From: Terriglobia bacterium
GTDB lineage: Bacteria; Acidobacteriota; Terriglobia; JAJPHL01; JAPKYU01
NCBI GenBank assembly: GCA_965206645.1
Contig: CBDBKE010000004.1
Span: 1,472,001 to 1,536,000 of the forward strand
Length of the DNA: 64,000 nucleotides
Reading direction: 5' to 3'
Both the position numbers and the translations under genes were made by a program. Below, piece after piece: positions 39,079 through 49,073 of this stretch. Position 1 is the first letter of the stretch, and every line of letters begins with the position of its first letter. The notes under the pieces were generated by a model. That model had not been told where the DNA came from, did no database searches, and worked only from the letters and a program-made list of their open reading frames with translations.

Positions 39079-40077
39079 ATGCACCTGGCGGAGCTGACGC
39101 GCAAATTGGTGGATATCGAGTCCATCACGGGACGGGAGCACGAGGTCGCGCTGTTTGTGGCCGACTACCTGCGCGGCCTGGGCGCCCAGGTGGAAGTGGA
39201 GGAAGCCGCGCCCGGACGCCCGAACGTCTTTGCCTGCTGGGGCAAGCCGCTGGTGACTCTCTCGACGCACAGCGACACGGTGCCTCCCCATAGCAGCTCC
39301 GGGGAAGACGGCGAATACATCTACGGCCGGGGTTCGTGCGACGCCAAAGGCATCATGGCCGCCCAGATCAAAGCCGCCGAGCGCCTGCGGGAACAAGCCA
39401 CCGAGAATTTCGGACTGCTGTTTGTGGTGGGCGAGGAGCGGGACTCGACGGGAGCCGCCTTCGCCAATGACCACCCGCGCGGCTCGCGCTTTCTGATCAA
39501 CGGCGAGCCTACCGAAAACCGGCTGGCTCTGGGTTGCAAGGGCGCTCTGCGGCCGGTATTGGAAGCGCGAGGGCGGGCGGCCCACTCGGCCTATCCTGAG
39601 CTGGGAGAATCGGCCATTGAAAAACTGCTGACGGCGCTGGTCAACCTGCGTTCCATTCCGCTGCCTTGTGACGACCTGCTGGGTGCCTCCACTTATAACA
39701 TTGGCCTCATCGAGGGTGGCTGCGCTCCCAACGTCATCCCCGACCTGGCCCGGGCGGAGGTGCTGTTCCGCCTCGTGGGTTCCTCCGAGCCAGTCAAGCA
39801 GGCCATTGCCCGCGCCGTCGCCGGATTGGCCGAGGTCCACTACGTGCTGGAGATCCCCGCCATCCGCCTCGAAGCCATGGAAGGCTTCCCGACGACGGTG
39901 GTATCCTTCACTACGGATATTCCCAAGCTGAGCAACTGGGGACGCCCCTACTTGGTCGGGCCTGGGTCCGTCCGGGTGGCACACACGGACCATGAACGCG
40001 TAGCTAAGCAGGAGCTGGAGCAAGCCGTGGGAATCTACTCGGAAATGACAAGGAGACTGCTGGCCGAGTGCAGGTAG
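39079..40077 (+). CDS. M20 family metallohydrolase (DapE/ArgE-like)
   Basis: STHSDTVP, GRGSCDAKG, GEE, GEPT, AHT motifs; heads the lysine operon. Confidence 0.85.
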   Translation: MHLAELTRKLVDIESITGREHEVALFVADYLRGLGAQVEVEEAAPGRPNVFACWGKPLVTLSTHSDTVPPHSSSGEDGEYIYGRGSCDAKGIMAAQIKAAERLREQATENFGLLFVVGEERDSTGAAFANDHPRGSRFLINGEPTENRLALGCKGALRPVLEARGRAAHSAYPELGESAIEKLLTALVNLRSIPLPCDDLLGASTYNIGLIEGGCAPNVIPDLARAEVLFRLVGSSEPVKQAIARAVAGLAEVHYVLEIPAIRLEAMEGFPTTVVSFTTDIPKLSNWGRPYLVGPGSVRVAHTDHERVAKQELEQAVGIYSEMTRRLLAECR

Positions 40078-40172
40078 CGCCGACCTTGAACATAGCGAGC
40101 GGGGGGCGGCAGCAGACTGAAGCTCATCGTTACATAGTGCCACCCTTCAGGACCTAGCGCCACCCTTCAGGG
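40074..40172. repeat. Degenerate GTAG-type REP-like half repeats
   Basis: gtagcgccgaccttga, tagtgccacccttcagg, tagcgccacccttcagg (last two at a 20-bp period). Confidence 0.5.
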
Positions 40173-40223
40173 CAGCAAGACTCGCGCGGTGGACACTAGC
40201 GCTCAGGCACTTGGAGGTTACGT

Positions 40224-41264
40224 ATGAAAATCGAAGTAGGAATTTTGGGCGCCACCGGAATGGTGGGGCAGCAACTGGTCCGGCTGCTGGAAAATCATCC
40301 CTGGTTTGAGTTGAAGTGGGTGGCAGCTTCGGGCCGCTCTGCGGGCCGCGCCTACGCTGAAGCCGCGCCTTGGCGGCTGGCGTCGCCGATGCCCGACCAG
40401 ACCCGCAACTTGCGGGTAGAGGAGTGCCGACCGGGCGGTGGGCCACGCCTGGTCTTCTCCGGGCTGGACACCTCGGCGGCGCGGGAAATCGAGCCGGAAT
40501 TTGCCCGCTGCGGCCACGTCGTCGTCAGCAACGCGAGCAGTTTCCGCATGGAACAGGATGTGCCCTTGCTGGTGCCGGAGATCAACGCCGAGCATCTCGG
40601 GCTGCTGGCCGCGCAAGAGCCGCGCGGGTGGAAAGGAAAGCTAGTTACCAACCCCAATTGCTCGGCCATCACCCTGACGATGGCGCTGGCGCCGCTGGAG
40701 CGGGCCTTTGGGCTGAAGCGCGTGCTGGTAACCACTTTGCAGGCCGTCTCCGGCGCCGGCTACCCCGGCGTAGCGTCGCTGGACATCCTGGGGAATGTGA
40801 TCCCCTTCATTCGCAACGAGGAAGAAAAGATCGAGGAGGAAACGCGCAAGATTCTCGGGCGGCTGCGCAACGGTAAGGTGGAAGAGGCAGCCATCACGAT
40901 GAGCGTGCAGACCAACCGTGTGGCGGTGCTCGACGGCCACACCGAAAGCATCGCGGTGGAACTGCACCAGTCCGCCGGCTTGCAGGATCTGAAGCAAGCC
41001 TGGCGCCAGTTCCGGGGCGTGCCGCAGGAGCGGCGCTTGCCCAGCGCGCCGCTGCATCCGGTAGTGGTGATGGAGGAACCCGACCGGCCGCAGCCACGCC
41101 TGGACGTGGAGCGAGAGGCCGGAATGGCCACCTTCGTCGGGCGCGCCCGCCCCTGCCCGGTGCTCCACTACAAGTTCATCGCTCTGGGGCACAACACCGT
41201 GCGGGGCGCCGCCGGCGCGGCTCTGTTGAACGCCGAGCTGATGAAATCCGAAGGATTGTTGTGA
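40224..41264 (+). CDS. asd: Aspartate-semialdehyde dehydrogenase
   Basis: GATGMVGQ, VPEIN, NPNCS, QAVSGAG, HNTVRGAAG. Confidence 0.96.
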   Translation: MKIEVGILGATGMVGQQLVRLLENHPWFELKWVAASGRSAGRAYAEAAPWRLASPMPDQTRNLRVEECRPGGGPRLVFSGLDTSAAREIEPEFARCGHVVVSNASSFRMEQDVPLLVPEINAEHLGLLAAQEPRGWKGKLVTNPNCSAITLTMALAPLERAFGLKRVLVTTLQAVSGAGYPGVASLDILGNVIPFIRNEEEKIEEETRKILGRLRNGKVEEAAITMSVQTNRVAVLDGHTESIAVELHQSAGLQDLKQAWRQFRGVPQERRLPSAPLHPVVVMEEPDRPQPRLDVEREAGMATFVGRARPCPVLHYKFIALGHNTVRGAAGAALLNAELMKSEGLL

Positions 41265-41343
41265 ATTGACGATTTGAGTTTTATTGGTCCATTGACGGTT
41301 GGTCTGTTTTTTCCCTTCAATCGCCAATGATTCAACATCCTCC

Positions 41344-42717
41344 ATGATTATCCTGAAATTCGGTGGAACCTCGGTAGAGAGCGCCGAGGCCATCGAGCGC
41401 GTGGCCGATATCGTCGCGGGGCGCGTGGCGAAGCGTCCGCTAGTGGTGGTCTCGGCCATGGGGAAGGCCACCGACCGGCTGCTGGAGCTGGCCACCACCG
41501 CAGTCGAGGGCGACCGCAAGCGGGTCGTGGAGCTGCTCGGCGACCTCCGCGACTTCCACGGTCGCGAGGCTCGCAAGCTGGTTCCGCCAGCGCGCCGCGC
41601 GCCGCTGGAAACCTGCCTGGAGGAGCACTTCCAGGAGCTGTCCGAGCTGGTCAAGGGACTCTCGGTGCTAGGAGAGTTGACCCCACGCGCCACCGACGCC
41701 ATTGCCAGCTACGGCGAGCGGCTCTCGTCGCTGGTCGTCAGCCAGGCCTTCGAGCACCGCGGCCTGTCCGCCGCGCTGCTGGATTCTCGCCGCTACATCG
41801 TTACCGACCAGCGGCACACGCAGGCGGCGCCGCTGTTCGAGCCAACCGAAGAACGGCTGCGCCAGGTGGTCCCCGAACTGCTGGCCGAAGGCCGCATCCC
41901 GGTGATGGGTGGCTACATCGCCGCTACCGAGCAGGACGTCACCACCACTTTGGGCCGCGGCGGCTCCGATTTCACTGCCTCCCTCGTCGGGGCGGCGCTG
42001 GGGGCCGAGCGGATTGAGATCTGGACCGACGTGGATGGCATGCTCACCGCCGACCCAGCGCTGTACCGCGAGGCCCGCCGGGTGAAGATGATTTCCTTCG
42101 AGGAGGCCAGCGAGCTGGCCTATTTCGGCGCCAAGGTGCTCCACCCCAGCACACTGCTTCCCGCCGTACAGAAACAGATCCCGATCTCGATCCTGAACTC
42201 GCACAAGCCGAAGACGGCGGGCACCGTCATCACCCAGCGGGCGCCCAGGACGCGCAATATTTTCAAGTCCATCGCCTGCAAGAAAAACATCACCATCGTG
42301 AACATCTGCTCGACGCGGATGCTGATGGCGTACGGATTCCTGCGGGCCATCTTCGAGGTGTTCGAGCGCTACCAGACGCCGGTGGACATGGTGTCCACCA
42401 GCGAAGTCAGCGTGTCTCTGACGGTGGATAACTTGAGCCGCCTGCGGGAAATCGTTGCCGAGCTTCGCCGCATCGCTCACGTTTCCTACGAGGAGGGCAA
42501 AGCCATCGTTTGCCTGGTGGGCGACAACATCAAGTTCACCCCGGGCGTCGCCGGCAAAGTATTCAAGGCCGTTGAGAAGGTCAACGTACGCATGATCTCG
42601 CAGGGCGCCTCGGTGCTGAACATCAGCTTTGTGGTGGACGAGGACCGGCTGAAAGAGGTAGTCTCCCGCCTGCACCGGACCTTCTTCCGCGAAGTGGACC
42701 CCAGAGTTTTTGAATGA
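41344..42717 (+). CDS. lysC: Aspartate kinase
   Basis: KFGGTSV, VVSAM, TTLGRGGSD, WTDVDG, GAKVLHP, two ACT domains. Confidence 0.95.
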   Translation: MIILKFGGTSVESAEAIERVADIVAGRVAKRPLVVVSAMGKATDRLLELATTAVEGDRKRVVELLGDLRDFHGREARKLVPPARRAPLETCLEEHFQELSELVKGLSVLGELTPRATDAIASYGERLSSLVVSQAFEHRGLSAALLDSRRYIVTDQRHTQAAPLFEPTEERLRQVVPELLAEGRIPVMGGYIAATEQDVTTTLGRGGSDFTASLVGAALGAERIEIWTDVDGMLTADPALYREARRVKMISFEEASELAYFGAKVLHPSTLLPAVQKQIPISILNSHKPKTAGTVITQRAPRTRNIFKSIACKKNITIVNICSTRMLMAYGFLRAIFEVFERYQTPVDMVSTSEVSVSLTVDNLSRLREIVAELRRIAHVSYEEGKAIVCLVGDNIKFTPGVAGKVFKAVEKVNVRMISQGASVLNISFVVDEDRLKEVVSRLHRTFFREVDPRVFE

Positions 42718-42741
42718 TGCTTTTCCGATGAAGAGCTGCCC

Positions 42742-43440
42742 ATGAAGATCGCGCTTCTCGGTTACGGCAAGATGGGCAAGTTGCTGGATGAGCTGGCCCC
42801 CTCCCTCGGCATGGAGGTCGTCGAGCGCCTGGACATCTGGAACAACCAGGGCGGGGCCGGCATCACCAAGGAGAATTTTCGGGGTGTCGAGGTGGCGCTG
42901 GACTTTTCGATGCCGGAGGCGGCGCTGGAAAACATTCCCCGGGTGGCCGGGCTGGGCGTCAACCTGGTGGTGGGCACGACCGGCTGGCACGACAAGCTGG
43001 ATCAGATGCGGGCCGCGGTGGAGGAGCACGGCATCGGGATGGTCTACGGCTCCAATTTCTCCATCGGCGTGAACATCTTCTACCGCGTGGCGGAAACCGC
43101 CGCACGGTGGCTGAAGGGACGTCCCGAGTATGACCCCTGGGTTTACGAAATCCACCACCGGGCAAAGTTAGACGCGCCCTCAGGCACGGCGCTGAAGTTG
43201 CGCGACCTGCTGCTGGCCGAATACGGGACGCGCACCATCTGCGTTTCCAGCGCCCGGGCCGGCACCGTCCCGGGCGAGCACACGGTAGGGTTCGATTCCG
43301 AGGCCGATACCATCACCTTGACGCACACCGCCCGTAGCCGGAAGGGCTTTGCCCTGGGAGCACTCCGCGCTGCCGACTGGGTTCGCGGCAAGCGCGGACT
43401 CTACGAGTTTTCGGAGGTCCTGTTCGGGGACGCCAGCTAA
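42742..43440 (+). CDS. dapB: 4-hydroxy-tetrahydrodipicolinate reductase
   Basis: GYGKMG, VGTTG, NFSIG, EIHHRAKLDAPSGTA. Confidence 0.95.
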   Translation: MKIALLGYGKMGKLLDELAPSLGMEVVERLDIWNNQGGAGITKENFRGVEVALDFSMPEAALENIPRVAGLGVNLVVGTTGWHDKLDQMRAAVEEHGIGMVYGSNFSIGVNIFYRVAETAARWLKGRPEYDPWVYEIHHRAKLDAPSGTALKLRDLLLAEYGTRTICVSSARAGTVPGEHTVGFDSEADTITLTHTARSRKGFALGALRAADWVRGKRGLYEFSEVLFGDAS

Positions 43441-43514
43441 ATGACTGCGAACTGTGGACTGGCGAAAGGTAAACCCAAAGCCGAATTCCGAAATTGGAAA
43501 TCAGGAGGGCTGCA

Positions 43515-44435
43515 ATGGGCGCCACAACACTGAAGGGCTGCGGCACTGCGCTGGTCACTCCGTTCCGGAGCGACGGCGCGCCGGATGAGGGCTCGCTGCG
43601 GCGCCTGGTCCGTTTTCAGGTGCAGGAGGGTATTGACTTCCTGGTGCCCTGCGGGACCACCGGGGAAAGCCCCACCCTCACGCACGAGGAGCACCTGCGC
43701 GTGGTCGAGATCACGCTGGAGGAGTCGCGGGCAGGCGGGCGGGCGGTGCCAGTGTTCCCCGGGGCCGGCGGCAACAACACCGCCAAGATCGCCGCGCTGA
43801 TCCGCGAGCTGGAAGCGATGGGTGTGGACGGGATCGTGTCGGTCTCGCCCTACTACAACAAGCCCACCCAGGAGGGCATCTACCAGCACTACCGCGCACT
43901 CAACGAAGCCACGCGTCTGCCCCTCATCGTCTACAACGTGCCCGGGCGCACCGGCTCCAACATCGAGCCGGCGACCCAAGCACGGCTGGCAGCTCTGCCC
44001 AACATTGTGGGAGTGAAGGAAGCCTCCGGAAACATCAGCCAGATGGCCGAGGTCCTCCAGGCTGTACCGGAGGGGTTTGCCGTGCTGTCAGGCGATGATG
44101 CCGTTACGCTGCCGCTCATGGCCATGGGGGGCGTCGGAGTAATTTCGGTAGCCTCAAACGAAGTGCCCGGCGAGATGGCGCGGCTGACGGCGAAATGCCT
44201 GGCCGGCGATTTTTCAGCGGGCCGGCAACTGAACCGACGCCTGTTGCCGCTGATGCAGGCCAATTTCATTGAGTCGAATCCCATCCCGGTAAAGGCGGCG
44301 CTGGCCATGATGGGCCTGATCGAGGAGCGCTACCGCCTGCCGCTGGTGCCCATGAAGCCGGAGAGCCGCGCCCGGCTGGAAAAGGTACTGGACGCGCTGG
44401 GTCTGCTGGCCGTACAGGTCCAGGGCCCAAAGTAA
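43515..44435 (+). CDS. dapA: 4-hydroxy-tetrahydrodipicolinate synthase
   Basis: ALVTPF, GTTGE, PYYNKP, YNVPGRTG, GVKEASG, SGDD, NPIPVK. Confidence 0.96.
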   Translation: MGATTLKGCGTALVTPFRSDGAPDEGSLRRLVRFQVQEGIDFLVPCGTTGESPTLTHEEHLRVVEITLEESRAGGRAVPVFPGAGGNNTAKIAALIRELEAMGVDGIVSVSPYYNKPTQEGIYQHYRALNEATRLPLIVYNVPGRTGSNIEPATQARLAALPNIVGVKEASGNISQMAEVLQAVPEGFAVLSGDDAVTLPLMAMGGVGVISVASNEVPGEMARLTAKCLAGDFSAGRQLNRRLLPLMQANFIESNPIPVKAALAMMGLIEERYRLPLVPMKPESRARLEKVLDALGLLAVQVQGPK

Positions 44436-44498
44436 AAGGTCCGAAGTCGCTAGTCCTTGCACTTGTCTGTTTTGGACATAGGACTTCGGCCTTGAACT
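44418..44498. repeat. Inverted GTCCAAA-type heptamer arrays between dapA and dapD
   Basis: gtccagg gcccaaa gtaaaag gtccgaa gtcgcta ... tttggac ataggac ttcggcc ttgaact. Confidence 0.65.
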
Positions 44499-44499
44499 C

Positions 44500-45333
44500 A
44501 TGACCCTTCAGCAACGCATCGAGCGACTCTTCGAAGCCTCGCCTGTCGGCGAGGAGCACCTGGCCGCGTTTGAAGAACTGAAGGCCGAGCTGAATGCAGG
44601 CCGTGTGCGCGCCGCTGAGCCCGACCCAGGGGCCAAGCCGACCGGCTGGCGAGTCAATCCCTGGGTCAAGAAGGGCATCCTGATTGGCTTCCGAGGCGGA
44701 GCGCTCCAGGAGATGTCCGTAGACCACTGGCCCTTCTTTGACAAGCACACCTTTCCGCTGAAGCGGCTCGAGGTGGCCAGCGGGGTGCGGGTTGTTCCCG
44801 GGGGCTCTTCGATCCGCGACGGCTGCTTCGTTGCCAGCGGCGTCACCTGCATGCCCCCGATGTACATCAACGCGGGTGCGTACGTGGACGAAGGGACGAT
44901 GGTGGACTCGCACGCGTTGGTCGGCTCCTGCGCCCAGGTGGGGAAGCGGGTGCACCTGAGCGCGGCGGCGCAAGTCGGCGGCGTGCTGGAGCCAGTGGGA
45001 GCCCTGCCGGTGATCATCGAGGACGAGGTGCTGGTGGGCGGCAACTGCGGCATCTACGAAGGCACAGTCGTCAAGCGCCGCGCGGTGCTGGGCGCCGGCA
45101 CCATTCTCACCGGTGCAACCCCTGTCTACGACCTGGTTCGCAGCCAGGTCTACCGCCGCGAGGGTGACCACCCGTTGGTGATTCCTGAGCAGGCCGTCGT
45201 CGTTCCCGGCTCTCGCGCCGTCTCTTCCGGGGTAGGCCGCGAGTGGCAGCTTTCGCTCTACACTCCGGTCATCGTCAAATATCGCGATCCCAAAACCGAG
45301 CGCAGCATCCAGCTCGAAGACCTGCTTCGGTAA
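44500..45333 (+). CDS. dapD: Tetrahydrodipicolinate N-succinyltransferase
   Basis: [31 protein letters not shown], hexapeptide repeats. Confidence 0.95.
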   Translation: MTLQQRIERLFEASPVGEEHLAAFEELKAELNAGRVRAAEPDPGAKPTGWRVNPWVKKGILIGFRGGALQEMSVDHWPFFDKHTFPLKRLEVASGVRVVPGGSSIRDGCFVASGVTCMPPMYINAGAYVDEGTMVDSHALVGSCAQVGKRVHLSAAAQVGGVLEPVGALPVIIEDEVLVGGNCGIYEGTVVKRRAVLGAGTILTGATPVYDLVRSQVYRREGDHPLVIPEQAVVVPGSRAVSSGVGREWQLSLYTPVIVKYRDPKTERSIQLEDLLR

Positions 45334-45448
45334 GAACCCAAGAGACAACTCAAAGGCACGAAGGCCCGAAGTTCACAAGGGAAGAGGCATCCCTGTCGAC
45401 TGCGCAGACTCCTTGGAGCCATCCAGAGATTGGTGTAGCCTTGCGCTC

Positions 45449-46348
45449 ATGAAGGCCCAGCGAAAGTTTACCGTGGCGCTGATCCAGATGAGCTTGACGC
45501 CCGACTCTGAGGAAAACCTGGCACGGGCAATCGCAGGGGTCGAGGAAGCGGCCCGCGCCGGCGCCCAGGTGATCTGCCTGCCGGAGTTGTTCCGGACGCA
45601 GTACTTCTGCCAGCATGAAGACACGGCCTGCTTCGACCTGGCCGAGCCGGTGCCCGGCCCCACCACCGAGGCCCTGGCGAGAGCCGCACGGAAAGCAAGT
45701 GTCGTGGTGATTGCGCCGGTCTTTGAACGCCGGGCCGCGGGCGTCTATCACAACAGCGCCGCGCTCATTGACGAGCGCGGCGGGCTAGCGGGGCTTTACC
45801 GCAAGATGCATATCCCGGACGACCCTGCATACTACGAGAAGTTCTACTTTACCCCCGGTGACCTGGGCTTTCCGGTCTTCCAGACGCGCGTGGGACGAAT
45901 CGGGGTGCTCATTTGCTGGGACCAGTGGTACCCGGAGGCAGCGCGCCTGGCAGCGCTTCAGGGAGCCGACGTGCTTTTCTACCCCAGCGCGATTGGCTGG
46001 CACCCTTCCGAGAAGGAAAGCTGCGGTGAAGTCCAACGGGACGCCTGGCGCACCGTGCACCGGGGACATGCAATCGCGAACGGGGTTTACATCGCAGCGG
46101 TCAACCGCGTCGGCCATGAAGCCCCCGCCGCTGCCGGGCCGGGAATCGAGTTCTGGGGCTCGTCCTTCCTCGCGGACCCTCAGGGAATTGTTGTAGCCGA
46201 GGCGCCAGACGACCACGAGGCCACTCTCCTTGGCCAGGTAGATCTGGAGCGACTGGAGGAGGTGCGGCGCGACTGGCCCTTTCTGCGCGACCGCCGGATT
46301 GAAGCCTACGCCGGGCTGAACAGCCGCTATCTGGACAAAGCGCTGTGA
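45449..46348 (+). CDS. aguB: N-carbamoylputrescine amidase (carbon-nitrogen hydrolase)
   Basis: LPELF, YRKMHIPDDP.YYEKFYF, ICWDQWYPE, WPFLRDRR; adjacent to agmatine deiminase. Confidence 0.88.
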   Translation: MKAQRKFTVALIQMSLTPDSEENLARAIAGVEEAARAGAQVICLPELFRTQYFCQHEDTACFDLAEPVPGPTTEALARAARKASVVVIAPVFERRAAGVYHNSAALIDERGGLAGLYRKMHIPDDPAYYEKFYFTPGDLGFPVFQTRVGRIGVLICWDQWYPEAARLAALQGADVLFYPSAIGWHPSEKESCGEVQRDAWRTVHRGHAIANGVYIAAVNRVGHEAPAAAGPGIEFWGSSFLADPQGIVVAEAPDDHEATLLGQVDLERLEEVRRDWPFLRDRRIEAYAGLNSRYLDKAL

Positions 46349-47490
46349 GGCCAAGACCCACAAGGGCGCGCCGGAGTGAGGCCCAAAGTGAGGCAACGCC
46401 GGCCGCGCTGGGCTACCGCCTGCCCGCCGAGTGGGAAGCGCACGAGGCTACCTGGATCGGCTGGCCGCATAACCGAAGCGATTGGCCGGGAAAGCTGGCC
46501 CCGATCCACTGGGTCTACGGCGAGATTGCGCGAAAACTTGCGCCGGGGGAGCTCCTGCGAATTCTGGTGAACTCGAGCACGCAGGAGGAGCGCGCCCGGC
46601 GACTTCTCACTCGTGTCGGGGTGGATCTCTCCCGCGTCGTGTTCTACCGCTTTCCCACGAACCGGGGCTGGACGCGTGACTTCGGGCCGGTCTTTGTCCG
46701 GCGCGGCGTGACCCGTGCGGCGCAGGACTCAAGGCACCCCGCGGCTAGCGAAGTAGCCATTGTGCGCTTCCGGTTTAACGGCTGGGCGCGCTATCGGGAC
46801 TGGCAGAAGGACGACGCGGTGGCAGAACGCGCGGCTCGCGCCCTGGGTCTTCGTCTGTTTCACGCCACCAGCGACGGCAACTCGCCGCGCCGGTTCGTGC
46901 TGGAAGGCGGCAGCATTGAGGTGAACGGCCGCGGCACGCTGCTGACCACCGAGGAATGCTTGCTTGACCCGGCCGTTCAGGTGCGCAACCCGGGCCTGAG
47001 CCGAAAGCAGGTCGAGGCGACGCTGCGCGTCAATCTCGGTGTCAGCAACGTTCTCTGGCTCGGCCGCGGGATTGCGGGCGACGATACGCACGGACACGTG
47101 GACGACTTGTGTCGGTTTGTCGGGCCCCGCACGGTCGTGCTGTGCCGAGAAGACAACCCGCGCGACGTCAACTATCGACCGCTAGAAGAAAGCCAGGAAC
47201 GGCTGGAAGGAATGCGCCTGGAGAACAGATCCCGAATCGAGGTAGTACGGTTGCCCATGCCCGCGGCTCTTTATCTGGACGGGCAGCGCCTCCCGGCCAG
47301 CTACGCCAACTTCTACATTGCGAATGCAGCCGTGCTGGTCCCGACCTTCAACGATCCCAACGACCGCATCGCCCTCGGCATCCTGGCCGAGCTTTTTCCC
47401 AGCCGACCGGTGGTCGGCATCCATGCGGTGGACTTAGTCTGGGGGCTCGGGACCCTGCACTGCCTGACACGTGAGCAACCGGCCAGGTAG
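46345..47490 (+). CDS. aguA: Agmatine deiminase family protein
   Basis: LPAEWE, WTRDFGP, EGGSI, DDTHGHVD, ASYANF, GTLHCLT. Confidence 0.92.
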   Translation: MRPRPTRARRSEAQSEATPAALGYRLPAEWEAHEATWIGWPHNRSDWPGKLAPIHWVYGEIARKLAPGELLRILVNSSTQEERARRLLTRVGVDLSRVVFYRFPTNRGWTRDFGPVFVRRGVTRAAQDSRHPAASEVAIVRFRFNGWARYRDWQKDDAVAERAARALGLRLFHATSDGNSPRRFVLEGGSIEVNGRGTLLTTEECLLDPAVQVRNPGLSRKQVEATLRVNLGVSNVLWLGRGIAGDDTHGHVDDLCRFVGPRTVVLCREDNPRDVNYRPLEESQERLEGMRLENRSRIEVVRLPMPAALYLDGQRLPASYANFYIANAAVLVPTFNDPNDRIALGILAELFPSRPVVGIHAVDLVWGLGTLHCLTREQPAR

Positions 47491-47586
47491 GCAGATTACC
47501 GCCCGATTGCAGAAATCCTGCCTGCTGGCTTTCACTGCCTGGTCGCAATAAGCTCACGGGAACAACATGGCAAAGGAGGAGAAGCA

Positions 47587-47796
47587 ATGAAAGTCGGAGC
47601 GCGCAACCGCATCGCCGGGACCATGACCAGCATCGCCAAGGGTAAGCTGATGTGTCTGGTGAAGGTGGAGGTTCCGGCACGGTCCCGCATGGCGTCGGTG
47701 ATGACCATCGAGTCGCTGAAGGGACTAGGCCTCCGTAAAGGAGACCGGGTCGAGGTGGTTGTGAAAGGGGTGAATGTGCTCTTGATCAGGCGCTAG
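47587..47796 (+). CDS. TOBE domain (Mop/molbindin-like) protein
   Basis: GARNRIAGT...SVMTIESLKGLGLRKGDRVEVVVK; AGGAGG RBS. Confidence 0.85.
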   Translation: MKVGARNRIAGTMTSIAKGKLMCLVKVEVPARSRMASVMTIESLKGLGLRKGDRVEVVVKGVNVLLIRR

Positions 47797-47936
47797 GGGA
47801 TAACCGCTTACGGATTCATGCGCCCGGCTTGGAAGACCCGCTCAAGCTTGATGCTCTGCCAGGCTGGCTCGCGCCGAACCGACTACCTTGCGGGCCATCG
47901 CAGCAGGCCAGCCTGATTGACGTCGGCGATCCTGAC

Positions 47937-48671
47937 TTACTTTTCGGTGACCGTGATGGGAGCCTGAAGTTTAAACGTGATCACCGTCTCGCTCGGGTAA
48001 ACTGCCGGATCTCCCCGTGTGGCGAGCATAACACCCGTCCCCGCCCCGGCTCCAGTGGCGGCACCAATGCCCGCTCCCTTTTCCCCCCCAACGATGGCGC
48101 CAATGCCAGCGCCAATGCCGGTCGCGATGCCGACTTTCGTAGCGTCCTTTTTCTTCGTGGTCTTCGCTTTGCGGGTACGGACGTTGGTGTCAATGGGGAT
48201 CGTCTGGCCATCGGCCGTCTCGAGTTGCGTCAGTTGAATTGCCAGACTAGCTACACCTTTGACGCGTCCCCCTTCATCCGCTTCAGCAATGCGGCCTTCC
48301 ACTGTGGAACCTTTGGGAGCGATTACCCAGTCGCCTTCTACCAGGGGTTCTTCCAAGCTCGCCGTGAAAGTATCTCCTGTCTTGTTCGTCTTTGTGGAAA
48401 GCGTACTTGTGGTTCGTACCTTCAGTTCAGTTTCCTCGGGAAGGGTGACGGTTCGGGGCTGAGGTTCAGCGGCTTCTTCTGTCGCGGTGGCCCCCTCGGT
48501 GGAGGCGCCAGCAGAGGGAGCGGGATGTGTGCTTCTCGTGGGCGTGCTCGAAGTCTCGGCGGCAGACTCGCTGGCTGGCTCATAATCCGTCGTGCATCCA
48601 AGCTGCAAAACCAACACTGCAGCCAGGGCACAGATTAAGAAGAAACCAAATCCCTCACGCTTCCTAAACAT
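47937..48671 (-). CDS. Lipoprotein with TrbI-like beta domain and glycine zipper
   Basis: Lipobox LGC, VTLPEETELKVR...GDTFTASLEEP, GAGIGAIVGG...GAATGAGAG. Confidence 0.75.
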   Translation of the reverse strand: MFRKREGFGFFLICALAAVLVLQLGCTTDYEPASESAAETSSTPTRSTHPAPSAGASTEGATATEEAAEPQPRTVTLPEETELKVRTTSTLSTKTNKTGDTFTASLEEPLVEGDWVIAPKGSTVEGRIAEADEGGRVKGVASLAIQLTQLETADGQTIPIDTNVRTRKAKTTKKKDATKVGIATGIGAGIGAIVGGEKGAGIGAATGAGAGTGVMLATRGDPAVYPSETVITFKLQAPITVTEK

Positions 48672-48866
48672 GGAAATTACCTCCTGAGCAACCATTCCTG
48701 ACAGCGCAGCCATCCTACGCGCGTCTTGTTGCGGGTATCAAGGTCGGGGAAAGCTCGGGCGGACCGCGATTGGGTCGCAAATGAACATCGGATTGCTTTG
48801 CAAAGCAAGGTCCCCGCCCGCCTCGCCCGCTGCCGAGGTTTGGTGCCGGTGATTCGCTTGCGAGTC

Positions 48867-49073
48867 CTACTTGGTCTTGCCTTTGGCTTTTCCCTTGCCG
48901 TGGGCTTTGGCCTTATCCTTGGTCTTGGCCTTGGCCTTGGCCTTGGCCTTGGCCTTGGCCTTGGCCTTGGCCTTGCTCTTGCCCTTACCCTTGCTCTTAG
49001 CTTTCGTCTCCGCCTCGTCGCTGGAGGCGCCGCTCTTTTTACCAGACCAGAGGGCGCCACAACGCTAAGGCAT
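48867..49073 (-). pseudogene. Lys-rich (KA)n small ORF interrupted by TAG at codon 3
   Basis: ATG CCT TAG CGT TGT ... K[A/G/S/T/D]K... TAG; 8 perfect CTTGGC hexamers at 48924-48971. Confidence 0.4.

Noticed and set aside
40078-40223. Lysine riboswitch upstream of asd/lysC
   Set aside because: Spacers are short and I could not recognise the conserved L-box elements; an Infernal/Rfam scan would be decisive
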